Virus record (IMG/VR): IMGVR_UViG_3300034069_001183
DNA length: 64,000 bases
Direction: 5' to 3' (one strand)
Source of the DNA: an uncultured virus (IMG/VR IMGVR_UViG_3300034069_001183)
Taxonomy: Duplodnaviria > Heunggongvirae > Uroviricota > Caudoviricetes
Shown piece by piece: positions 1 to 8,898 of this stretch. The position numbers were made by a program, and so were the translations under genes. Positions within the stretch are counted from its first letter, which is position 1, and every line of letters starts with the position of its first letter. The notes beneath the pieces are model-generated. The model was given only the letters and a program-made list of their open reading frames with translations. It was not told the origin of the DNA and ran no database searches.

Positions 1-103
1 CATTCTCTGTCCACCTTGATCTACACTTGATGATATTTTAATCATAACTTTATATATAATTTATTTTTAATTTTCACTACATATATAAGATTTCTAAGCC
101 AGC

Positions 104-700
104 CTAATTACAGCTTTTACTATTTAAGTGCTGCAAGAGGTCAGTATTAAAAACAAGCGGTGCATAATTCTTGATCGGTTCTATTCCACGTATCATCTTA
201 GTCAGGTCATGAAACTTTGTCTTCTGTATCTGTGGTTTCTCAAAATTTCTCATCCTAAATACACTAATACCATGTGTCTTATAAAGGTATTCATCTCTAA
301 TTGCATCAGTGTCACTAGTACCCTGCTCATCATGATACTCACTATCTAGCTCTACCGCAAGTCTAAGCTCTGGAAAATAATAATCCATCAAGTAGTACAT
401 CCTTTTCTGATTTGGTAGACGGTGTGAATTCTGTATAACCACTGGAAACTCTCTAAATACAGTAAGAGGCTCCCAATAACCAACATTAATAAGTGCATCG
501 AATATCTTTGCTTGCATCGATCTCTTCCTAAGCTGCTTATTCCTAGTAAACCTCTTGCATGATGAAGGACTAGGGTACACAATGTTCTTAAAATTACAAA
601 GTCTACCACTCTCTGATAGACAGTAGACCGGAAATGATTGGCCTACTATATCTGGAAACATAAAAGTCTCACGATAATCTATTTCTTTCTTCTTTGCCAT
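104..700 (-). CDS. DUF559/Vsr-like endonuclease
   Basis: Motifs REFPV, YLMDYYFPELRLAVELDSEYH, DAIRDEYL and GISVFR are typical of DUF559 nucleases. Confidence 0.7.
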   Translation of the reverse strand: MAKKKEIDYRETFMFPDIVGQSFPVYCLSESGRLCNFKNIVYPSPSSCKRFTRNKQLRKRSMQAKIFDALINVGYWEPLTVFREFPVVIQNSHRLPNQKRMYYLMDYYFPELRLAVELDSEYHDEQGTSDTDAIRDEYLYKTHGISVFRMRNFEKPQIQKTKFHDLTKMIRGIEPIKNYAPLVFNTDLLQHLNSKSCN

Positions 701-704
701 AAAA

Positions 705-805
705 AATAAAAAAGTCGGAGAGCCATTATAATCACTACAACGGACTCCCCCTGGATATTAACAATTTAAATTTATAAAATTATGAAAAAAGTGAAAATCA
801 TTTCT
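705..805 (-). ncRNA. Candidate small RNA or leader: anti-TIR segment, hairpin and U-tract
   Basis: Promoter-like motif at 807-830 (minus strand GGTCCTGATTACTTAGATAATTG); hairpin 717-750 with G-U pairs on the minus strand; U-tract; reverse complement of ATATTAACAATTTAAA...ATTATGAAAAAAG. Confidence 0.45.
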
Positions 806-1364
806 TCCAATTATCTAAGTAATCAGGACCCTCTATTTCTTGTAGGAGGTCATGAAGCTTACCTAACTGTATAAGACAATCAAGGCAAACTACTATATCA
901 GTACCATCACCACCAAGAGATAAATGTTCCTTCCTGACTACTTCATCCTTTCCTAGCTCACAGCACTTCTCTTGCCACTTACCATATTGATAAACAGGCT
1001 TCCCACAAATGCCGCAAGACTCTACCTCATTACCATCAATAGGGAAAATACTATTATCCTTCTTGACAAAACTATGAAGTAGGTGACGAATATATTTATT
1101 ATACTGTCTACATCTATAAGCGTTTAACAGCATAATAATCTCATTATCTACAGGTTCAAGCTTTCCTGTAATATTACCACCCTTATTATTCCTATATGTC
1201 TGAAACTTACTAACTAACTCCATATCTCCTAGGTTAGTTGGGTGTAAGTAGACATAGATAATATTTTTCTGAGTAGGAGTTAGATCTGTTCTCTGCTTTA
1301 ACACTTCTAATAACTCACTACTGCTTAACTTACTATACTCGTCTATTAGTTTTTTAATCTCCAT
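798..1364 (-). CDS. Hypothetical protein with CxxC...CxxC zinc-binding motifs
   Basis: CGIC and CLDC motifs; likely start MEIKK. Confidence 0.6.
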   Translation of the reverse strand: MEIKKLIDEYSKLSSSELLEVLKQRTDLTPTQKNIIYVYLHPTNLGDMELVSKFQTYRNNKGGNITGKLEPVDNEIIMLLNAYRCRQYNKYIRHLLHSFVKKDNSIFPIDGNEVESCGICGKPVYQYGKWQEKCCELGKDEVVRKEHLSLGGDGTDIVVCLDCLIQLGKLHDLLQEIEGPDYLDNWKK

Positions 1365-1423
1365 AATAATTAATAGTTTGTAAAACAAAGCTGGCTAAAT
1401 AACATAACCAGCTTAGATTTAGT

Positions 1424-1540
1424 TTACTGATAATACAATTCTGGCAGTATATCATCATACTCTGCCTTGGCCTTCTCAGACCTCACTTCAATTACATGAT
1501 CTGCTTTGAAAAATACAGTATCCTTTTCTTTGTTTACCAT
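1424..1540 (-). CDS. Small hypothetical protein (38 aa)
   Basis: Translated by hand (MVNKEKDTVFFKADHV...); promoter motif at 1565-1588 and hairpin downstream. Confidence 0.5.
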   Translation of the reverse strand: MVNKEKDTVFFKADHVIEVRSEKAKAEYDDILPELYYQ

Positions 1541-1651
1541 AATACTATTATTTAAAATTATTATTACACTTATAAGGAATCTACCTGCTTTCATGGGCGA
1601 AAAAATATTAGTTGGCTCAGATTTTACCTACCTAAACCAACTAATAATATT

Positions 1652-1780
1652 CTACTTAAACTTATCGGGGCTGAACTCTTCCATCAGCTTCTCCCAACTT
1701 TCAATATCATTCCTCTTACCACTATTGTTGTTGTCGTTGTGATGAATTTCTCTCACTTCCTTAATTTCTCTAAACTTCAT
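1652..1780 (-). CDS. Small hypothetical protein (42 aa)
   Basis: MKFREIKEVREIHH...; A-rich start region, promoter motif at 1851-1872, hairpin at 1600-1650. Confidence 0.5.
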   Translation of the reverse strand: MKFREIKEVREIHHNDNNNSGKRNDIESWEKLMEEFSPDKFK

Positions 1781-1850
1781 AATCGTATAATTTTAATTGT
1801 TTAAAAATAAATTATCCCAAGAATTTGATTTTCTTGAGATAACTTTCATT

Positions 1851-1872
1851 ACATATATAAGGATTCTAGGGC
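1851..1872 (-). promoter_or_regulatory. Phage promoter motif (representative copy)
   Basis: GCCCTAGAATCCTTATATATGT; about 30 related copies lie upstream of transcription units. Confidence 0.7.
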
Positions 1873-1875
1873 ATC

Positions 1876-2193
1876 TTAGTCGACTAAAATCATCTCCCAA
1901 GGATTGTCTCGAAATAATTTAACCTCTAAGACTGCAAAAAATCCGCTAGGTGGGTCTGGTAGGTGAGAACTAAGTACATCCCACCCTGCAAAACTCCTAT
2001 AAAGATCTCTCCCAGACGGTTTTCCAGGCTTTACATAACTACCTCTTGTGAAATAACCCTTGTTTCTCTTAATTTCCTCTAAAATCGGATACATTACTTC
2101 CATATCCGCATCACTCACTTTTGATATTGATACACAATTTTCACCATCTTCTCCGGCTACTTGAATAATCATTGTATACTCATGATACGCCAT
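1876..2193 (-). CDS. Hypothetical protein
   Basis: ORF with promoter motif at 2221-2240. Confidence 0.65.
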   Translation of the reverse strand: MAYHEYTMIIQVAGEDGENCVSISKVSDADMEVMYPILEEIKRNKGYFTRGSYVKPGKPSGRDLYRSFAGWDVLSSHLPDPPSGFFAVLEVKLFRDNPWEMILVD

Positions 2194-2238
2194 AATTTTA
2201 TAATATTTATTTGTTTATATCTTCTACTTATAAGGATT

Positions 2239-3501
2239 TTACTTGATTTTCTCTAATATCTCAGTTACTCTCTTGATAAGTTCATCCTCAGACATCCCCA
2301 AGAGTTCAGGGTGAGTGAATACAGTTGTCCTATCATCAAAATAATAACAGCCCAGTAATTCAGCTGCATCCGTCTCCCCTTTCTTAATAGGAGTATAGTT
2401 GAGATTTACAGACATTTTTACTTCAAACTCTAGGATACCCAAGAACTTATCAAGATTCTCCTTTTTTAGTAGGTCTGGATATAATGCCATAAATACATCA
2501 ATCCCTGTCTTATTATATAAGTCGCTAGCAATTGACCCAAAGAAACCGGACGGGCTAAAATCACTAGGAATGTCAATTACTGTATCTGTTTCAATAAGTC
2601 TAAGTTTTGTTTTCCTATCATTCCTACCACAAAAGAAACGATCACATGTCTGGCTCTTCTCCACCATGTCTGATATAAACTCAAGTAAGGTAGGTTTTGT
2701 GGGAGAATCTAAGAGAGGTACACAAGATTCATAATCAACATCAATGAACAGGTCTACATCATTCTCAAGTTTGATTCTGGGAAGTTTAGATAAGCTCCCC
2801 TCTACTCTATATAGACCAGCAACACTAGATAGGCAAGAATAACTATTACGCACAACCTTACTTATTTTTCCAAGATATATAATAGCATTCGTATTATTCT
2901 TGTACAGGTATAACTTGCCAGGTACTAGTTTAGATGTTGTACTACCCTCTCTATATGCTGACAACCTAACACTATTCTCAATCTTATCTCTATTACTAAA
3001 ACCAACCCTGTGAAATCCTGTAGTAGCAATAAAATAATTACCCGATAAAGGTCTAATATAAAACTCACCAGGAATTGTTAGGCCTGTCATACCTCCACTA
3101 GCTACAATAATTCCCATCAATTCACTAGCAAACATAAACAAACAGACTGACCTACCACCTGTTTTTTCTAATAATTCTGGACTTGATACACTAACTAACA
3201 CTCTGGCAGTATTATAACCTCTTTCATCTGTTGGGTAGTAATTAGTAACCTCATCACAGTCTACTAAGGATAATGTAAACCCGCCATTTCTTACACGCAC
3301 TACTTTATAGTTTGGGTCATGTAGCTTAGCTATATGATCATACCTTAATCTAACTGACCTACTAGCAAGACCCTTAATAGCAGCACCAAAACAATAACCC
3401 TTTCTAATTAATGCCCCTATCAGTTTCTCGTTATAGAGACCATAGCTAGGCTGAATTGGTTTCACAGTTAGGTAAAAGTCTAATAAATTCGGTAATTCCA
3501 T
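2239..3501 (-). CDS. Hypothetical protein; middle region resembles 50016..51647
   Basis: 420-aa ORF; LVPGKLY...IYLGKI is like WKPGYRY...YYLGEV. Confidence 0.7.
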   Translation of the reverse strand: MELPNLLDFYLTVKPIQPSYGLYNEKLIGALIRKGYCFGAAIKGLASRSVRLRYDHIAKLHDPNYKVVRVRNGGFTLSLVDCDEVTNYYPTDERGYNTARVLVSVSSPELLEKTGGRSVCLFMFASELMGIIVASGGMTGLTIPGEFYIRPLSGNYFIATTGFHRVGFSNRDKIENSVRLSAYREGSTTSKLVPGKLYLYKNNTNAIIYLGKISKVVRNSYSCLSSVAGLYRVEGSLSKLPRIKLENDVDLFIDVDYESCVPLLDSPTKPTLLEFISDMVEKSQTCDRFFCGRNDRKTKLRLIETDTVIDIPSDFSPSGFFGSIASDLYNKTGIDVFMALYPDLLKKENLDKFLGILEFEVKMSVNLNYTPIKKGETDAAELLGCYYFDDRTTVFTHPELLGMSEDELIKRVTEILEKIK

Positions 3502-3672
3502 CTTATTTCTATTTTATTATACATCACATATAAGGTATCTGCGCCAGATTAACCTACACGCGAAAAACCATAACATTTCTATATTCCACTTTCCTATCTA
3601 ATATATCCTGCGTGTGAGTATAAGTGGCGCAGGGAAGAAAAAAAAATAAAGATAAGAACTAAGTCCCTATCT

Positions 3673-4170
3673 CTAACGCTGGCTCATGTTTCTCTCCAGC
3701 ATCTCCTTAAATTTTATCTCTAGCCCATACTTCGACAAAAAACCATACATCTCTTTCTCATTCTTTGGCAAACGACTCATTGCTTGTATGTTTGTCATGT
3801 ATACTGTAATAGCCTTCTTGTTGAATTCACTAAGAAAATCCCCAATACTGAGAATCTTCCTCGTCTTCTTACTATCACCTATGGAAACGCTCATCACACC
3901 ACGCCTAATAATCCTTCTTGCAATTCCTACTAAGCCTGCCGTAATTGACCTACCTGAGATAACAAGATCCCCTAGGTAGTTGTCGGTATCGTCGTCCACT
4001 CTCCTTTCGTCTACTATATCAACTTTGGCCCTCTTTTTCCTTCTTTCATCAGGGACTAATACCCTCTTACTATTATCTTTCTCCTTAACAGACCTCCTGC
4101 CAATATAGATCCCTAACAGTAACAATCCCATTGATACTGATACGGACGTCAACATACCTCGCTTCTCCAT
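3673..4170 (-). CDS. Membrane-anchored hypothetical protein
   Basis: N-terminal hydrophobic helix. Confidence 0.65.
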   Translation of the reverse strand: MEKRGMLTSVSVSMGLLLLGIYIGRRSVKEKDNSKRVLVPDERRKKRAKVDIVDERRVDDDTDNYLGDLVISGRSITAGLVGIARRIIRRGVMSVSIGDSKKTRKILSIGDFLSEFNKKAITVYMTNIQAMSRLPKNEKEMYGFLSKYGLEIKFKEMLERNMSQR

Positions 4171-4254
4171 AATTCCTGGGCTCTACTAATATTCTGAACT
4201 ATCATAACTAATAAATCCTCGTCATTATAATTCATCATGTAAATAAACTGTTAA

Positions 4255-4528
4255 ATAATGTGTCTAAGGTTTTATGACATTCAATAATAAATCTCATGCC
4301 ACCGTACTCCGCTAATAACCTATGAGATAAGTTAATAGCATCGCTCAATCATTAGTTTCACAACTTTAGTGCTAGTTATCCCTCATACCACGTAAAGGTT
4401 ATTGAGATTTAATGAGGGTAAAACAAAAACCACATACTAAAATTGCCTAATATAGTTGACAGTATTGCTCACGTGAAATCTAATCACTAACACCCACTGC
4501 CAACTACTTAAGCGTTAGTATATGATTC
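4255..4528 (-). ncRNA. Structured leader or ncRNA
   Basis: Follows promoter at 4529-4551; stems CATATACTAA/TTAGTATGTG, AGTTGGCAGT/ACTGTCAACT, CCCTCAT/ATGAGGG and ATCTCAT/ATGAGAT; no long ORF. Confidence 0.5.
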
Positions 4529-4551
4529 TACACTAATAAGGGATTTAGGGC
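4529..4551 (-). promoter_or_regulatory. Phage promoter motif
   Basis: GCCCTAAATCCCTTATTAGTGTA. Confidence 0.7.
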
Positions 4552-4682
4552 GTTTCAAGAGGGGGCAGGATAATACAGAGACCGCTTTTGTGACATTCTT
4601 GGGCAAGCTAGGCTCCGCACTCAATTCGTAGCCTCCGTTACACTCGGATTACATCCTCCCTCCACTACGACTACTCCTTGCT

Positions 4683-4830
4683 TCCCCGCCTTCCCGTTGC
4701 CACAATATGAACCCTCCCTCATTACCATTCGGGAGATCATATTGAACCCGGGGAAGGTATTCACTCATTCGTAGCCTCGCCGGCAGAGCACGGCTCAGGA
4801 CTCATATGAGGGTAAACTTGAAAATACCCC
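4683..4830. repeat. Conserved structured element, copy A (upstream of helicase-like gene)
   Basis: Shares identical 31-, 25-, 20- and 22-nt blocks with 60824-60968, with compensatory changes in the stems. Confidence 0.85.
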
Positions 4831-5140
4831 GATAAAGGGCGCATCGCAATTTGGAGATTTAATGGGCGGAGCGCTAGCGGAGGCCATAAATCGATGTCGA
4901 TGGATATATTATCGGGAATACTTCAAGTGTGGTATTTTTACCGAATATATATTATATATGGTAATTGATAGGAAAGTAATAAACAAAATGACATTTTTAC
5001 AATGTATAACAACTAGAAGACTTACTATTGAGATATAGACCCGATGCAAGAGTGACCGAAGGGAGTCTCTTGTGTGCGGGGCTTAGCTTGGGGTGAATAG
5101 CCCAAGTTAGAAGAGAATATTAATTAAAAAATAGAAAACT

Positions 5141-7183
5141 ATGAAGAGAGATGTTATTGTAGTACCTGCAGGATATAGGTACATTAGTGAAATTCCAGAC
5201 TTTAAGCTCAACGACTTTCCTCACATCCTGAACAAACAGATACCAGGATGTGGGTTTACAGAGTATTGTATTACTAACAATGAGAATGTAATACTCTGTA
5301 GTCCAAGAAAGATTCTCTTACAGAATAAGTATGAGCAACATAAGGATGATGTTTTTCTGGTAGTAAATGAATATGACAGTGATCCAGGTACTGATAAAGA
5401 TCTAGTGAAGTCAGAAAAATCAAAGATTATTTCTTGTAAAGATAAGGTCGAAATAGAGAAAGAAAAGCGAAAGTTAGAGACTGCAAAGGGCAGGTTTTTC
5501 TTTGACCTTACCAGAAAATTGACAGGTTATATAAACGGTTGCTTGTTTAGTAATAAACCAATTAAGATACTTGTTACTTACGATTCTTATAGGTTGGTGA
5601 AGGATATAATAAACAATAACTACAGTGAGGTTGACTTTAGGGTAATAATCGATGAGTTCCAAAGTATATTCACAGATAGTAAGTTTAAATCTGATACAGA
5701 ACTGCAATTTGTTAGTAACCTACAGGATGTTCAGAGGGTATGTTATGTCAGTGCTACTCCTATGATCGATAAGTACTTAGATATGCTAGATGACTTTAAA
5801 GACCTACCATACTATGACTTAGATTGGAGTTCACTTGATAATAGTAGAGTAAAACGACCAATCTTGCACGTTAAGACTCTGAAAGCGGTTTTTACAGAGG
5901 TTAAGCCGATCATTGAAAAGTATGTCAATGGTAACTTTGATCATAGGTTTGTAAAGGATCAGGATGGAAAAATCAAGAAAATAGAATCAAAGGAAGCTGT
6001 TTTCTATGTCAATTCAGTTAATAACATTACTAGTATCATCAAGCGCGCAAAGTTAGCACCAGATCAAGTCAATATACTTGTCGCTAATACTAAGGATAAT
6101 ATCAAAAAGATACAGAAGAGATTAGGCAAGGGGTTTGATACTGGTAGAGTACCGCTCAGGGATGAACCAAGGAGAATGTTTACCTTTTGTACTAGAACTG
6201 TTTACCTTGGAGCTGATTTCTATAGTGATAATGCACAGTCTTATATAGTGAGTGATGCTAATATTGACACACTAGCGGTTGACATTTCGCTTGATCTCCC
6301 ACAAATCTTAGGTAGGCAGAGACTAAAAGAGAACCCTTGGAAAGATGAGGCAACACTATTCTTTAGGACGGTGACTAGTGCTAATAAGAAGCCTGAGGAC
6401 GAGTTCAATGAAAAAATGGACAATAAGATGAAATACTCAGAGGGTTTATTGTCAGCATTTGATGAAGTAAGTGCAAAAAATCAAACTTACCTGGCAGATA
6501 AATACCAAGATATGGCAAAACTTATGAACTATAAGAAGGACTATGTAGCTGTTAACCAGGTAAAGAATCCTGATGGTAGTATTAAGCTTGTACCAATAAT
6601 TAATAACTTAGTTAGAGTAGCGGAGATGAGGGCTTATGAAATGCAACAGGTAGATTATGCTGATCGTTTTGCAGTCTTTAATGAACTAGATAAGTTAAAT
6701 AATACTGATGTTAACGATGAGGTATTTAACAAGTTCTTTGAGGAGTTCGATAAGCAGAAGAATAGGAGGGATAAGTTAAAATTATTGTGTGAATCATCTG
6801 GGTTACCTGGATTTTGGACAATTGTAGATAACGTACCTAATAAGAGATTCAAGGAATATATCAATACTTTAGGCGTAGATGGATGTAAGGCACTAGGTTA
6901 CAGAATAGAACTTATCGATAAAAAGCTTAGTGTGTTATCTTTTAGTGAAGACAAGCTAAGAAATACAGTCTACGACACCTTTGAAGTAGGTAAAGCTTAT
7001 AGTAAGGCAAGTATAAAATCAACACTTGCTAAACTTTATAAGAGCATTGGCTATAAGGCTACTGCAAAAGCTAGTGATTTAAGCGTCTATTTTGAACTTA
7101 AAAGAACTTCTGTATCAGAGGGTGGTAAAAGAGTAGAGGGTTTTAAGTTGTTGGAAAAGCTGGATAAACCTTTAGAATCTTAG
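5141..7183 (+). CDS. SF2 helicase-like protein (degenerate Walker A) with C-terminal putative DNA-binding domain; paralog 1
   Basis: Motifs IPGCGFT, SPRKIL, TYDS, DEFQ, SATP, TRTVYLGADF and QILGRQR. Confidence 0.75.
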   Translation: MKRDVIVVPAGYRYISEIPDFKLNDFPHILNKQIPGCGFTEYCITNNENVILCSPRKILLQNKYEQHKDDVFLVVNEYDSDPGTDKDLVKSEKSKIISCKDKVEIEKEKRKLETAKGRFFFDLTRKLTGYINGCLFSNKPIKILVTYDSYRLVKDIINNNYSEVDFRVIIDEFQSIFTDSKFKSDTELQFVSNLQDVQRVCYVSATPMIDKYLDMLDDFKDLPYYDLDWSSLDNSRVKRPILHVKTLKAVFTEVKPIIEKYVNGNFDHRFVKDQDGKIKKIESKEAVFYVNSVNNITSIIKRAKLAPDQVNILVANTKDNIKKIQKRLGKGFDTGRVPLRDEPRRMFTFCTRTVYLGADFYSDNAQSYIVSDANIDTLAVDISLDLPQILGRQRLKENPWKDEATLFFRTVTSANKKPEDEFNEKMDNKMKYSEGLLSAFDEVSAKNQTYLADKYQDMAKLMNYKKDYVAVNQVKNPDGSIKLVPIINNLVRVAEMRAYEMQQVDYADRFAVFNELDKLNNTDVNDEVFNKFFEEFDKQKNRRDKLKLLCESSGLPGFWTIVDNVPNKRFKEYINTLGVDGCKALGYRIELIDKKLSVLSFSEDKLRNTVYDTFEVGKAYSKASIKSTLAKLYKSIGYKATAKASDLSVYFELKRTSVSEGGKRVEGFKLLEKLDKPLES

Positions 7184-7249
7184 CATCATTCTGTAGTCCT
7201 CTAAAAACCTTACTTGTGTAATAATATAAGAAAATTAATAGTAAAATTT

Positions 7250-7825
7250 ATGAGCGAAGAAAAAAGTATTGCAGGTCTTAAGGTAGTTAACGTTAAGTTT
7301 GAGACAGCGGAGAATGGAACAATCAAGTTACAGTTCAAGAAGGCTGTTGACACTGAGAATACGAATCAGCTTATATGTGAGTATGCTTGTCCTTATGGTA
7401 AGTTAGTTGCATCTACCTTAGCTGATCCAACCGAGCCTAATGATCCAGAGTCTTGTTTTTGTGATTTTTGTAATTCACTTGGTGAGCAGAGGAATAAGAC
7501 AGGCCAATCAGATCCAGAGATTTATAGTGGTCTTGTACCGGTTGAGGGAACACTTGAGGAGAACTTGCCAGACTTTAAGGATTATTACTTGAAGTTGAAC
7601 AGAAGAAATCCACTTGTTCGTCTTGATGCTGTTATTGATACTGTTTGTGATGGTATCTGTGAGTTTTACTGTAAGGATCATTCACAGTGTACGGTTGCTA
7701 ATGGTGACTGTTTCTTGATGGATCTTATGAAGGAGCAGAAGAGGGTTGAACAGGAGAACAAGAGAATAGAAGAGGAAGCTAGAAAGAAAGCTGAGGAGGA
7801 GGCTGAATCTGAAAGTGATATGTAG
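7250..7825 (+). CDS. Cys-rich hypothetical protein
   Basis: Several CxxxC/CxxC motifs; promoter motif at 7197-7220. Confidence 0.65.
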   Translation: MSEEKSIAGLKVVNVKFETAENGTIKLQFKKAVDTENTNQLICEYACPYGKLVASTLADPTEPNDPESCFCDFCNSLGEQRNKTGQSDPEIYSGLVPVEGTLEENLPDFKDYYLKLNRRNPLVRLDAVIDTVCDGICEFYCKDHSQCTVANGDCFLMDLMKEQKRVEQENKRIEEEARKKAEEEAESESDM

Positions 7826-8763
7826 TGCTTATGGAAGAGGAGAATCTTGGATATCTACCTCCCGACTATTCAGAGTATCCGAGGGAGGACGATGATGACT
7901 TAGATGACGATGACATTGAGGATTACGATGATGAAGAGGAAGATGAAAGTGAGGACCTCAGAATCGAAAAATTACTTGATGAGCAGTCTAAGTATAATGA
8001 GGACTTAGCAAGGGTTGAAAGTATTGAATTAAAACGAGCAGAAGAAAAAGAAATGGCAGATACACCTTTTGGAAGTAGTCAGCCTTGGAAAACGGGCAGT
8101 AGTAGTAACAATAATAATGCTGGAGAGGCTGCACCATGGGAAAAGCAGACCCAACAGAGTACAGGATTTGGAAGTTGGGGCAGTGGTGGTAGCAGTTGGA
8201 ATAATGTTGGTACTAGTTGGGGAAATAACAGTACAACACAGAAGCCAACAGTTGATTATACCAGAAATGAGAGGATTAAGAGTGTCCTGATAGTAGATGC
8301 ACTTGATTGTCTGGTAGAGTCTTATGATAGTAATGGAAAACCGGGCATCTTACCTAGGTCTATATTTGATTTAAAGCCTAAGTTTGATGTATGGGAGAGA
8401 CTAGCAAGTTTTAATCCACGTCGAATCTATGTATTATTTCCTGCTATTGGTCTTGTACCTAGCATTGGAAACACAGAATCGGCTAAGGTTGCATCAGAGT
8501 ATATTGCTCAGTGTATTGCAGCCTACTTAAGAATACCTCGTAATCTTTGCAGTATTATCCATGTAGTTGATAATGCCGTAAAAGAGCAGAACATATCAGG
8601 AATTTTGAGCATGACTAGTTTCGATCATGATAGTGTCTTATATGTTGGTGTTAGATCAGGTAGGTATGGTTTAAGTTCAGAGGATATAATCGCTGCTAAG
8701 AAAAACGGCATAGATTACATGGACTTATACAACCTGCTAAAAGGTCGGTATGAGTATGAATAA
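7825..8763 (+). CDS. Acidic N-terminus plus degenerate HAD/PNKP-like C-terminal domain
   Basis: LIVDALDCLV and LYVG...EDIIAAKKNGIDY. Confidence 0.45.
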   Translation: MLMEEENLGYLPPDYSEYPREDDDDLDDDDIEDYDDEEEDESEDLRIEKLLDEQSKYNEDLARVESIELKRAEEKEMADTPFGSSQPWKTGSSSNNNNAGEAAPWEKQTQQSTGFGSWGSGGSSWNNVGTSWGNNSTTQKPTVDYTRNERIKSVLIVDALDCLVESYDSNGKPGILPRSIFDLKPKFDVWERLASFNPRRIYVLFPAIGLVPSIGNTESAKVASEYIAQCIAAYLRIPRNLCSIIHVVDNAVKEQNISGILSMTSFDHDSVLYVGVRSGRYGLSSEDIIAAKKNGIDYMDLYNLLKGRYEYE

Positions 8764-8847
8764 TGCAGAGGGGTGGTTAGTTAAGGAGAAATCTTTAATT
8801 AACCATCTTTTTTCTTCCTCGAAACTTACAGAGATGTTCCTAAGAAG

Positions 8848-8870
8848 ACCTAGATTACTTATAATTGTAG
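8848..8870 (+). promoter_or_regulatory. Phage promoter motif
   Basis: ACCTAGATTACTTATAATTGTAG upstream of the MoxR operon. Confidence 0.65.
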
Positions 8871-8898
8871 ATAAATTATTATAATTTTAATAGTAAAA

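Noticed and set aside
4560..7190. Classical IS or transposon containing the helicase-like gene
   Set aside because: No transposase or integrase motifs, terminal inverted repeats or target-site duplications could be identified.
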